Origin: Chthoniobacteraceae bacterium
GTDB taxonomy: Bacteria > Verrucomicrobiota > Verrucomicrobiia > Chthoniobacterales > Chthoniobacteraceae
Assembly (NCBI GenBank): GCA_040081625.1
Contig: JBEBGD010000037.1
Coordinates: forward strand, 1-44,819
DNA length: 44,819 nucleotides
Direction of reading: 5' to 3'
The translations under genes and the position numbers were made by a program. The notes under the pieces are model-generated. The model searched no databases and was not told where the DNA came from. It worked only from the letters and a program-made list of their open reading frames with translations. Positions 27,639 to 38,625 of the stretch are shown in pieces (the stretch's first letter is position 1; every line of letters starts with the position of its first letter).

Positions 27639-28211
27639 ATGACCCGCTCCGACTTCCGCCAACAACTCGCCGACCTCGACCTCGCGCAGCGCCCCGACGA
27701 GGTGCTCTTCCGCGACCGGATGCTCGCGCTGCTCGACTTGGCGCCCGACTGCTTCCTGCGGACGAGTTTCCCCGGCCACTTCACCGGCAGCGCGCTCGTC
27801 GTCAGCGCCGATGGCTCACGCGCCCTGATGCATCATCATCGGAAGCTCGATCGCTGGCTGCAGTTCGGAGGCCACTGCGACGGCGATGAACATGTCGCCC
27901 GTGTCGCGCAGCGCGAGGCGCTCGAGGAATCGGGAATCACAGGCTTGATCCTCGCATCGCCGCGCCCGTTCGATCTCGACATCCACGCCATCCCCGCGCA
28001 CGGCGCCGAACCTGCGCACGAGCACTTCGACGTGCGCTACATGCTCATCGCGCCGGACGAAGCCGCGTTCGCGCTCAGCGACGAGAGCCACGAGTTGCGC
28101 TGGTTCACCGGAGAAGAAACAGCAGCGCTCGACCTCGATTCCGGCCTTCGCCGCCTCATCGCGAAGTGGCAGAGCCTGCTCGCGCGCCGCGCGCATCAAA
28201 GCCCGGCTTGA
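27639..28211 (+). CDS. Nudix hydrolase
   Basis: GHFTGSALVV, HHRKLDRWLQFGGHCDG...AQREALEESG Nudix box. Confidence 0.92.
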   Translation: MTRSDFRQQLADLDLAQRPDEVLFRDRMLALLDLAPDCFLRTSFPGHFTGSALVVSADGSRALMHHHRKLDRWLQFGGHCDGDEHVARVAQREALEESGITGLILASPRPFDLDIHAIPAHGAEPAHEHFDVRYMLIAPDEAAFALSDESHELRWFTGEETAALDLDSGLRRLIAKWQSLLARRAHQSPA

Positions 28212-28235
28212 GTCGCCGCGCGTCCCCGTTACTTT
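28208..28235 (+). promoter_or_regulatory. Sigma70-type promoter of tRNA-Arg
   Basis: TTGAGT-N16-TACTTT followed by GC-rich CCGCGC. Confidence 0.5.
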
Positions 28236-28247
28236 CCGCGCGGCTTC

Positions 28248-28319
28248 GTCCCCGTAGTTCAATGGATAGAACAGTGGTTTCCTAAACCGCTGATGCGAGT
28301 TCGATTCTCGCCGGGGATA
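28248..28319 (+). tRNA. tRNA-Arg (anticodon CCT), CCA not encoded
   Basis: Acceptor GTCCCCG/CGGGGAT, D-arm GTTC-AATGGATA-GAAC, anticodon arm GTGGT-TTCCTAA-ACCGC, T-arm GCGAG-TTCGATT-CTCGC. Confidence 0.95.
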
Positions 28320-28454
28320 GGCGCCGTGCCACCATTGCCCGCCACCATGCCGCCTGCTATCGCAACGCGGATGAAATCTCCAGCCGCCGAGAGCCACACG
28401 ACCCCGCCTGATTTCGCGTAACCGCGCGCGCTGCAAATGACTCTTTCGCCCCCA

Positions 28455-29704
28455 ATGCCCAAGCACAGGAAACGCCGTCGCAATCTCACCATCGTCCTCG
28501 CGTTGATCGTCGCTCTCGGCGGCGGCGCGGCGTTCTGGTTCCTGCGAAAGCCGAACGAACTCATCGCGGTGACGGTCGATCGAGTCGCGCGACGCGACCT
28601 GACCGAGCTGGTCGTCGCCAATGGACGTGTCCAGCCCGCGACGCAGGTGCTCATCAGCCCGGAGGTCGCGGGCGAGATCATCGCGCTGCCGGTCGTCGAG
28701 GGGCAGACGGTGAAGAAGGGCGACCTGCTCGTGCAGATCAAGCCCGACAATTACAAGGCGAGCCGCAACTCCGCGGAGGCCAGCTACAAGTTCGCGCTCG
28801 GCAGCGTGAGCCAGGCGGAGGCGGAGTTTGCGAAGGCCGACGCGGACTTGAATCGCAACGTCGAGCTTTCCAAGAGCCGGCTCATTCCCGCGAAAGAACT
28901 GCAGGACATGCGAACCGCATTCGAGATCGCCAAGCTGCGGCTCGCGAACACCAAGCACCAGGTCGATCAGGCCCGCTTCGCCCTCGACAAGGCGGAGGAC
29001 GATCTCTCGAAGACGACGATCACTTCGCCGATCGACGGCACCATCATCCGGCTGCGCTCGCAGCTCGGCGAACGCGTGCTCGGCACCTCCTTCAACATGG
29101 GCACCGAGATCATGACGCTCGCCGATCTCGATGTGATGGAAGCGCGCGTGGACATCAGCGAGATCGACGTCGTTCTCATCGCGCCCGACCAGAACGTCCG
29201 GCTCGAGGTGGATGCGTTCAAGGATCGCAAGTTCAAGGGCACCGTCACCGCCATCGCCAACGCCACGCGCAGCTCACCGTTCGGACCGGGCGGCAGCAGT
29301 TCCTCCGGCAGTTCGCAGTCGCTGGAAGCGCCGAAGTTCGAGGTGCGCATCCGCATCGACGACAAAGAAACCTTTCGCCCGGGCATGAGCGTGACCGCAG
29401 AGATCGAGACGCGCTCGCGCAAGGCCGTGCTGAGCGTCCCGATCCAGGCCGTCACCACTCGCCTCCCGAAGACCCCGGCGAAACCGGGCGAGCCGCTGAA
29501 GCCGGTCGAGGTCGTCTTCGCACTCGCGGGCGACCGCGCTGTGATGGTGCCGGTGAAGACGGGCATCAGCGACAACGATTACTTCGAGATCGTCGAGGGT
29601 CTCGCCGAGGGGCGGCAGATCATCTCCGGCGGATACAAGGCGGTGGCCAAGGATCTCGAGGACGGCAAGAAGGTGACGACCGCCGCGGAGAAGAAGGACG
29701 CGAA

Positions 29705-29708
<4 letters not shown>
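28455..29708 (+). CDS. Efflux periplasmic adaptor (MacA/HlyD-like)
   Basis: N-terminal [23 protein letters not shown] lipoyl motif, coiled hairpin, SPIDGTI, RPGMSV. Alternative start 28437. Confidence 0.92.
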
Positions 29709-30384
<676 letters not shown>

Positions 30385-30388
<4 letters not shown>

Positions 30389-31620
30389 AGCTTCGCACCG
30401 AGTTCGTCGAGGGGCTGCGCATCTCCTCGGAGGCGATCCGCGGTAATCTGCTGCGCTCGGTCCTCACCACGCTCGGCATCGTCATCGGCATCGTCACCGT
30501 CACGCTCATGGCCACGGCCATCCAGGCGCTCGACTCCTCGTTTCGCGAAGCGATCTCCTTCCTCGGCACCGACGTGTTGCACGTTGATCAGCGCGAGTGG
30601 TTCATCGACTCCGACAGGAAATGGGAAGCCACGCAAAAGCGGAGCAAGATCACGCTCGCGCAGGTCCGCGCCGTCGAGCGCGGGCTCGGCAATGTGCAAG
30701 GCATCGCGCCGACCGTCATGCACGGCATCGACGCCGTGCGCTACAAGGACCGCAGCTCGAGCATGGTCATCCTCACCGGCACGAACGAACAATACGTCAT
30801 CACCGGCGGAATCACGCTCTCCGCCGGCCGATTCATGACCAAGGCCGAGGCGTATGCGAACCGCGACGTGTGCATCATCGGCTCGGACATCGCGGAGAAT
30901 GTCTTCCTCAACGAACTGCCGCTCGGCAAGAATCTGCGAATCGGCACGCAGTCGCTCGAAGTCATCGGCATTATCGAAAAACGCGGCAGCGTGCTCGGGC
31001 AGATCAACCTCGACAGCCAGGTCATCATCCCGATTGGCAAAATGACCGCCGGCTTCCGCTACGACCCGAGCTGCACCATCCAGGTCAAGGTCGGCGACAC
31101 CGCGCGACTCGACGCGGTGCGCGAGGAACTGCGCGGACTGCTGCGCAAGGTGCGCCGCGTGCCGCCCGGCCAGCCCGACGATTTCGCAATCAATCAGCAG
31201 GAGGCATTGCTCGAGCGCTTCCGGCAGGTCTCCGCCGTCATCGCCACGTCCGGATTTTTCATCACCGGCCTCTCGCTCTTCGTCGGCGGCATCGGGATCA
31301 TGAACATCATGTTCGTCTCGGTCGCGGAGCGCACCGCCGAGATCGGGCTGCGCAAGGCGCTCGGCGCACGGCGGCGCACGATCCTGCTCCAGTTTCTCAT
31401 CGAAGCCGCGAGCGTCTCGCTGCTCGGCGGTTTCATCGCGCTGCTCATCGCGCGCGGCCTGGTCGAGTTTGCGAAGCGCTTCCTCTCCACGCTCACACTC
31501 TCGCCGGGCATCGTGCTGCTCGCCCTCGGTGTCGCGCTCGTCACCGGCATCGTCTCCGGCTTTCTCCCCGCATGGCGCGCGGCGCGGCTCACCCCGGTGG
31601 AGGCCCTTCGCAACGAGTAG
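30385..31620 (+). CDS. ABC transporter permease (MacB/FtsX-like)
   Basis: [59 protein letters not shown]. Confidence 0.95.
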
Positions 31621-32865
<1,245 letters not shown>

Positions 32866-32887
32866 CGCACCTGCGCGAAGTCGTTGG

Positions 32888-32946
32888 ATACAACGACCCA
32901 AAGCTCAGCGACGCGCAGGCGAGTTCGCTGCAGCGCCTAGGCGTTC
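32888..32946 (-). mobile_element. Degenerate integron attC site
   Basis: The minus strand reads GAAC GCCTAGGC GCTGCAGCGA ACTCGCCTGCGCG TCGCTGAGC TTTGGGTC GTTGTAT. GCTgCAGCGA pairs with TCGCTGAGC with one extra base, inside AAC...GTT. It overlaps the cassette stop codon. Confidence 0.7.
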
Positions 32947-33374
32947 CGGGTTTTCGGTTGTTTCTTTGGAATGTCTCCACGGCTGAAAGTGTCCTCTCCG
33001 GTGAGGAGTCGATGACGGAACGTGGCGACTGTCTGGACGTTGAGCGGATAATTGATTTCGGGCGAGTCCCAATCGTCGAGCGTCTCGCCGATGAGGTTGC
33101 CTTCGGGTGTGGCGGTGTCCCACTGGAAGTGGTCAGACGCCACAAGGCAGAAGGCGATCACGCTGAGGTCTGCTGCCGGAAGCTGCCCTGCGAGGACGGC
33201 GTCGCAAAGGCTGACGAGATGAGCAGCGGATACGTCACAGTCGGTGTCCATGCTGATGACGTGCTGGCTAAAAACGTCGTGACTGGTTTGCGTGACCGCA
33301 CCCTGCAAGTCGGCGCGTAGAGTCGCGATGTCGGCTGTGCCGAGGAAGTAGTCTCGCAAGACAGATTCGTGCAT
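32937..33374 (-). CDS. Hypothetical protein, probable integron gene cassette
   Basis: MHESVLRDYF... 145 aa with codon usage less GC-biased than the flanks. Bracketed by GTTGGGC upstream and an attC-like hairpin downstream. Confidence 0.75.
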   Translation of the reverse strand: MHESVLRDYFLGTADIATLRADLQGAVTQTSHDVFSQHVISMDTDCDVSAAHLVSLCDAVLAGQLPAADLSVIAFCLVASDHFQWDTATPEGNLIGETLDDWDSPEINYPLNVQTVATFRHRLLTGEDTFSRGDIPKKQPKTRNA

Positions 33375-33402
33375 CGTTCGTTCACAGGAGACGGGTAGCA
33401 AC

Positions 33403-33560
33403 GCCCAACTCTGAATTCAGCGAAACGCGCGGTTCAGTGGAGTGGTGGGATAAGGCTCGCATAAGACGGATTTTGCTTCCGCGGACAGCGAGGCTTTTCG
33501 GATAAGAGCGGGCGGGAGCCAAGCGCGAAATGGGCTCTCGGGCGTGCTGTTTTATGCGAA
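33403..33560 (-). mobile_element. attI-like recombination region (no integrase next to it)
   Basis: GTTGGGC (GTTRRRY) on the minus strand at 33409-33403 with no attC hairpin before it. Repeated G[C/G]ATAAG boxes at about 33448, 33459 and 33500, and an inverted TTATGCGAA at 33552-33560. Confidence 0.5.
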
Positions 33561-33650
33561 GGGTGGGCGCGTCGCCGGGCGAGTCGAGCGGGGTCGAATA
33601 GGACGCTCGCGGGCGGGGTTACGGGTTGTTTACGTTATTTGTGACTTCAA

Positions 33651-33902
33651 TTCGTTGAATTTGAACACAACCGCGTGAAATTTGTGCACCGTTTCGTGGC
33701 ATTGATGCACAGCCGCGCCGGGGCGGTTTGCAGTTTCGATGCGGCGGGCCACGGTTGCATTATAGAGGGACGCATATTCGTGGCAGGTGGGCGCAGCTGC
33801 GGCGCGGCTGAACTCGGTTTCGTGGCGGCGGTGCACAAACGCGATGCGGGGCGGCCCAGCTTCGTCGCGGGCGGGCGCCGCCGCGGCGATGGCGTGGTTT
33901 GG
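33651..33902. repeat. Degenerate 21-bp tandem array with a 42-bp superperiod
   Basis: Twelve 21-mers whose first four bases alternate ttcg / (c,t)gc(g,a), e.g. ttcgttgaatttgaacacaac, cgcgtgaaatttgtgcaccgt, ttcgtggcattgatgcacagc. Confidence 0.75.
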
Positions 33903-33947
33903 AAAACCTAAGCCAAGTCCGCAACGCTGGATTAGACTCGGACGACC

Positions 33948-36788
33948 ATGCGCCAGCTCACGCTGACACTTCTCATCATCACCACCGCGGCGCTCGCCGC
34001 GCCCGTGCCGACGCCGGACCAGATCGAGTTCTTCGAGAAGAAGGTGCGCCCGATCCTCGCCGAGCAGTGCTACTCGTGCCACGGCCCGGACAAGCAGAAG
34101 GCCGAGCTTCGCGTCGATTCACTCTCCGCGCTGCTCAAGGGCAGCGACCTCGGGCCCGTGCTCATCCCCGGCAAGCCGGGCGAGAGCTCGCTGATCCAGT
34201 CCATCAAGCACATCGGCGACGCGGCGAAGATGCCGGAGCGCAAACCGAAGATGCCCGCGGCGGACATCGAGGCGCTCGAGCAATGGGTCGCGATGGGCGC
34301 GCCGTGGCCGAAAACCGAAAAGCCCGCCACGCCCGGCGCGCTGGAACTCGCGAAGCAGCACTGGTCTTATCAGCCGGTCAAGAAGGTCACGCCCCCCGGC
34401 GCCGGGAACGCGATCGACTCCTTCATCTCCACCGAGCTGAAGAAGAGCGGCCTCGCGCTTTCGCCGAAGGCGGACAAACGCACGCTCATCCGCCGCGCGA
34501 CCTTCGATCTCATCGGCCTGCCGCCGACCGCGGAGGAAGTGACCGCGTTCGAGAATGACAAGTCGCCCGACGCCTTCGCGAAGGTCGTCGATCGCCTGCT
34601 CGCCTCGCCGCACTACGGCGAGCGTTGGGCGCGGCATTGGCTCGATGTCGCCCGCTACGCCGACACAAAGGGCTACCTCGCCGGCGGCGAGGAGCGGCGG
34701 TATCCCTTCGCCTACACGTATCGCGACTGGGTCATCCGCGCCTTCAACGAGGACCTGCCCTACGACAAGTTCATCACGCTCCAGCTTGCCGCGGACAAGC
34801 TCGTCGCCGCGGACCATCCCGACCTCGCCGCGATGGGCTTCCTGCTCGTGGGCCGCAGATTCCTCAACAACATCAACGACATCATCGACGACCGGATCGA
34901 CGTCATCTCGCGCGGGCTCATGGGCATCACCGTCGCCTGCGCGCGCTGCCACGATCACAAGTTCGATCCGCTCTCGCAAAAGGACTACTACGCGCTCCAC
35001 GGCATCCTCGCCTCGAGCGAGGAACCCGCCGACCTCCCGCAGATCGGCAAGGCCGTCGCCGACGCCGAGGCCGCCGCCAAATACGAGACCGAACTCGCGA
35101 AGCGCGAAGGCGAGCTCGACGCCTTCCTCGCGAAGAAAGCCGCCGACTACTCGCTGCTCGCCAGCGTCGCCACCGGCACGCCCGTCGCCCTCGCCGCGCT
35201 CGACCGCCAGACACTGCGCCGCGTGATGCTGCGCAAGGACACCGAGCAGGCCACCAAGCTCGATGTCAAAATTTCCGCGCTCTACACCACCGCCGGAGCG
35301 CCGCCGCGCGCGATGATCCTGCGCGATCGTCCGCAGCCCGTTCAGCCCTACATCTTCGTCCGCGGCAATCCCGGCCGGCGCGGCGAGAATGTGCCGCGGC
35401 AGTTTGTCAGCATCCTCTCGGGGGAGAAGCCGCAGCCTTACAAGGATGGCAGCGGCCGGCTCGAGCTCGCGAAGTCCATCACCGACCCCGCCAACCCCCT
35501 CACCGCGCGCGTCATCGCCAACCGCGTGTGGACCTATCATTTCGGCAAGGGCCTCGTGCGCACCCCCGGCGACTTCGGAGTAAAGGGCGACCCGCCGACG
35601 CATCCCGAGCTGCTCGACTGGCTGGCGACGCGCTTCATGGACGACGGCTGGTCGCTCAAGAAACTCCACCGCCTTATCCTGCTCACCGACGTGTGGCAGC
35701 AGACGAGCGATACGCGCGAGGATGCCGCGCTGAAGGATCCCGAGAACCTCCTGCTCTGGCGCCAGAACCGCCAGCGGCTCGACTTCGAGGCGATGCGCGA
35801 CAGCCTGCTCGCCGCCTCCGGCCAGCTCGATGAGAAAATGTTCGGCCAGCCCGTCGATCTCACCAATCCGCCATACGCGACCCGCCGCGCCGTCTATGGA
35901 CTCATCGACCGGCAGAACCTTCCCGGCGTCTTCCGCAACTTCGACTTCGCCAGCCCCGACGTCTCGACCCCGCAGCGCTTCGTCACCACCGTGCCGCAGC
36001 AGGCGCTCTTCCTGATGAATCATCCGTTCGTCGTCGATCAGGCCCGCGCGCTGGCCAAGGAAGTGAAGGATCAAAAGGACGCCAGCGAGTGGCAGGTGCA
36101 GAGCCTCTACGAGCGCGTGCTCGCCCGACGCGCCGAGCCGGCGGAGCTCGATGCCGCTGTCCGCTTCCTCACCGCGGACGCGACGCGCACTCCCGAGCCC
36201 GAGCCGCCGCCGACCTGGCAATACGGCTACGGCTTCTTCGATGCGGAGGCGAAGCGCGTAACCTTCACCCCGCTGCCCCGCTTCATCTCGAATGTCTGGC
36301 AGGGCGGCGCGAAACTGCCGGACCCGAAGACCGGCTGGGCGCTGCTGCGCGGCGACAGCGGCCACGCGGGCAGCGATGGCCGGCGCGCCACGATCCGCCG
36401 GTGGAATGCGCCGATGAGTGGCAGCGTCGAGATCGTCAACGGCATCCGCCGCCCCGACCCGAACGGCGACGGCGTCGAGGCCATCATCGTCCACAGCCGG
36501 CTCGGCGTGCTGAAGCGCGCGACCGTCGCGCCCAAGGCCGCCGCCGACATGCGCGTGGCGAAGGTCGAGGTGCAGCCCGGCGACACGATCGATTTCATCG
36601 TCGATCCGCGCGCCGACTCGAACTCCGACAGCTTCACCTGGGCGCCCGTGATCCGCGGCACCGGCAGCGAATGGTCTGCGCAGAAACAGTTCGCCGGTCC
36701 GCCGCCCCCGAAACCCGCGCCACTCACCGCGTGGGAGAAGTTCGCGCAGGTGCTCTTCGAGACGAACGAGTTCGTGTTCGTGGATTAG
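33948..36788 (+). CDS. PSD1 and planctomycete cytochrome c domain protein
   Basis: FFEKKVRPIL.EQCYSCHG, HWSY, RRATFDLIGLPPT, WLDVARYADT, CARCHDHKFDP, PTHPELLDWLA, PQQALFLMN, NEFVFVD. Confidence 0.95.
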   Translation: MRQLTLTLLIITTAALAAPVPTPDQIEFFEKKVRPILAEQCYSCHGPDKQKAELRVDSLSALLKGSDLGPVLIPGKPGESSLIQSIKHIGDAAKMPERKPKMPAADIEALEQWVAMGAPWPKTEKPATPGALELAKQHWSYQPVKKVTPPGAGNAIDSFISTELKKSGLALSPKADKRTLIRRATFDLIGLPPTAEEVTAFENDKSPDAFAKVVDRLLASPHYGERWARHWLDVARYADTKGYLAGGEERRYPFAYTYRDWVIRAFNEDLPYDKFITLQLAADKLVAADHPDLAAMGFLLVGRRFLNNINDIIDDRIDVISRGLMGITVACARCHDHKFDPLSQKDYYALHGILASSEEPADLPQIGKAVADAEAAAKYETELAKREGELDAFLAKKAADYSLLASVATGTPVALAALDRQTLRRVMLRKDTEQATKLDVKISALYTTAGAPPRAMILRDRPQPVQPYIFVRGNPGRRGENVPRQFVSILSGEKPQPYKDGSGRLELAKSITDPANPLTARVIANRVWTYHFGKGLVRTPGDFGVKGDPPTHPELLDWLATRFMDDGWSLKKLHRLILLTDVWQQTSDTREDAALKDPENLLLWRQNRQRLDFEAMRDSLLAASGQLDEKMFGQPVDLTNPPYATRRAVYGLIDRQNLPGVFRNFDFASPDVSTPQRFVTTVPQQALFLMNHPFVVDQARALAKEVKDQKDASEWQVQSLYERVLARRAEPAELDAAVRFLTADATRTPEPEPPPTWQYGYGFFDAEAKRVTFTPLPRFISNVWQGGAKLPDPKTGWALLRGDSGHAGSDGRRATIRRWNAPMSGSVEIVNGIRRPDPNGDGVEAIIVHSRLGVLKRATVAPKAAADMRVAKVEVQPGDTIDFIVDPRADSNSDSFTWAPVIRGTGSEWSAQKQFAGPPPPKPAPLTAWEKFAQVLFETNEFVFVD

Positions 36789-36796
36789 AACGCCCA

Positions 36797-36813
36797 GCCG
36801 GCGTCACGCCGGC
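36797..36813. terminator. GC hairpin between convergent genes
   Basis: GCCGGCGT-C-ACGCCGGC with no U-tract, so terminator function is uncertain. Confidence 0.35.
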
Positions 36814-36814
36814 C

Positions 36815-37606
36815 TCACGCCGCCGTCCAGCCGCCATCGACGCAGAGCATCGCGCCGGTCACGTAGCTCGCGGCGTCGCTCGCGAGATAGATCGCGGCGC
36901 CCTGGATCTCCTCGATCCGCCCCCATCGCTTGAGCGCCGTGGCGCCGACGACCGCGCGCAGCGCCTCCTCGTTGTTCATGATCGGGATGTTGATCTCGGT
37001 CAGGAAGGGGCCGGGGCAGATCGCGTTCACGGTGATCGCGTGCGTCGCCAGCTCGAGGGCGAGTGTGCGCGTGAGCTGCACGATCGCGCCCTTGCTCGCG
37101 GTGTAAGGCGTGCGGCCCGCCAGCCCGATCAGGCCGAGCGCACTCGCGAGATTGATGATCCGGCCCGAGCCTCGCGCCTTCATGTGCGGCACCACCGCGC
37201 GGCAGCTCAGCCACGTGCCGTCCACGTTCGTGCGCATGATCCGCTGGTAAGTCTCCACCGGGAACTCCTCGATCGGCCCGCGCACGTTGATGCCCGCGCT
37301 GTTGATGAGGATGTCGATCTTTCCCATTTCGCGCAGCGCGGCGGCGATCATCGCATCGACCTGCGCCGGCTCGCACACGTCGGCGGCACAGGCGAAGGCG
37401 CGATGCTTCCACGTCGTCGCGATCGTCTCCGCGGTCTTCGCCGTCTCGTCGCCATTGCGGCTCACGAGCATCACGTCCGCGCCCGCGCTCGCGAGCCCCG
37501 CGGCCATCGCGGCACCGAGGCCCTTTGAGCCGCCGGTGACGAGCGCGGTGCGGCCGGTGAGATCGAAGGCGCGGAGGCCGGGGAGTGCGGCGAGGTCGGT
37601 GTTCAT
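36815..37606 (-). CDS. SDR family oxidoreductase (gluconate 5-dehydrogenase-like)
   Basis: VTGGSKGLG, INSAG, YTASK, VNAICPG, VDGGW. Confidence 0.93.
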   Translation of the reverse strand: MNTDLAALPGLRAFDLTGRTALVTGGSKGLGAAMAAGLASAGADVMLVSRNGDETAKTAETIATTWKHRAFACAADVCEPAQVDAMIAAALREMGKIDILINSAGINVRGPIEEFPVETYQRIMRTNVDGTWLSCRAVVPHMKARGSGRIINLASALGLIGLAGRTPYTASKGAIVQLTRTLALELATHAITVNAICPGPFLTEINIPIMNNEEALRAVVGATALKRWGRIEEIQGAAIYLASDAASYVTGAMLCVDGGWTAA

Positions 37607-37627
37607 GCGCGTGTGATACGCGCTCGA

Positions 37628-37714
37628 AATCCTAATCGTAATCCTAATCTTAATCTCACCGCCGCGCGGCGCTCCGGAAGGATTGAGATTAAGATTAGGA
37701 TTAGGATTAAGATT
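37628..37714. repeat. Inverted hexamer-repeat hairpin: 5 x AATCCT-like units ... 6 x AGGATT-like units
   Basis: aatcct aatcgt aatcct aatctt aatctc, a GC loop, then aggatt gagatt aagatt aggatt aggatt aagatt. Confidence 0.9.
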
Positions 37715-37730
37715 GGGACACACACGCGCC

Positions 37731-38621
37731 ATGCACTTCCGCCTCCTCCTCGCCCTCGCCCTTCCCGCCTTCGCCGCCGAGCCGGCGCAAGTGATCGATC
37801 TCTGGCCCGGCACACCGCCGGGGGAAATGAAAGTCGAGGGCCCGGAACAGAACACCTCCAAGCCCGGACAGGGCCTCGTCGCCGGGCGCGATCTCATCCG
37901 CCTCGCCAATGTCGCCAAGCCGCAGCTTCACCTTTTCCTCCCGCCGAAGGACAAGGCGAACGGCACCTGCGTGCTCGTGTGCCCCGGCGGGGCGTTCAAC
38001 ATCCTCGCGTGGGACCTCGAGGGCACCGAAGTCGCCGAGTGGCTCAACTCCATCGGCGTCGCCGCCGCCGTCTTGAAATACCGCGTGCCGACCGGCAAGC
38101 TCCAGCCGAAGTGGCTCATCCCGCAGATGGACGGCCAGCGCGCGATCAGCCTCGTGCGCAGCCGCGCGCAGGAATGGAGCATCGACCCCGCGCGCATCGG
38201 CGTGCTCGGCTTCTCCGCCGGCGGCTGCCTCACCGTGCAACTCGCGCTCGATTTCGCCAAGCGCGCCTACGCGCCCGTCGATGACATCGACAAGGCCTCG
38301 TGCCGCCCCGACTTCGCCGCGCCGATCTACCACGCGTATTCGACCGACGACACATCCACCGCGCTGCGCGAAAGCGTGATCGTGCCGAAGAACGCACCGC
38401 CGTTCTTTTTCGTCCACGCATGGGACGACCGCATCGACCCGCGCAACAGCCTGCTCCTCGCGACGGCGGCAAAGGCCGCGGGAATCCCGTGCGAGCTTCA
38501 CATCTACGACACCGGCGGCCACGGCTACGGCCTGCGCCCGGTCGCGGAAAAGCCAGTCACCACCTGGCCCGCGCGTTGCGCCGAGTGGATGGGGCGCAAT
38601 GGCTGGCTGAAGCGGAACTGA
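37731..38621 (+). CDS. Exported alpha/beta hydrolase (acetyl/feruloyl esterase-like)
   Basis: VCPGGAF, LKYRVP, GFSAGG nucleophile elbow, HAWDD, GGHGYG. Signal peptide present. Confidence 0.9.
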   Translation: MHFRLLLALALPAFAAEPAQVIDLWPGTPPGEMKVEGPEQNTSKPGQGLVAGRDLIRLANVAKPQLHLFLPPKDKANGTCVLVCPGGAFNILAWDLEGTEVAEWLNSIGVAAAVLKYRVPTGKLQPKWLIPQMDGQRAISLVRSRAQEWSIDPARIGVLGFSAGGCLTVQLALDFAKRAYAPVDDIDKASCRPDFAAPIYHAYSTDDTSTALRESVIVPKNAPPFFFVHAWDDRIDPRNSLLLATAAKAAGIPCELHIYDTGGHGYGLRPVAEKPVTTWPARCAEWMGRNGWLKRN

Positions 38622-38625
38622 AGAC

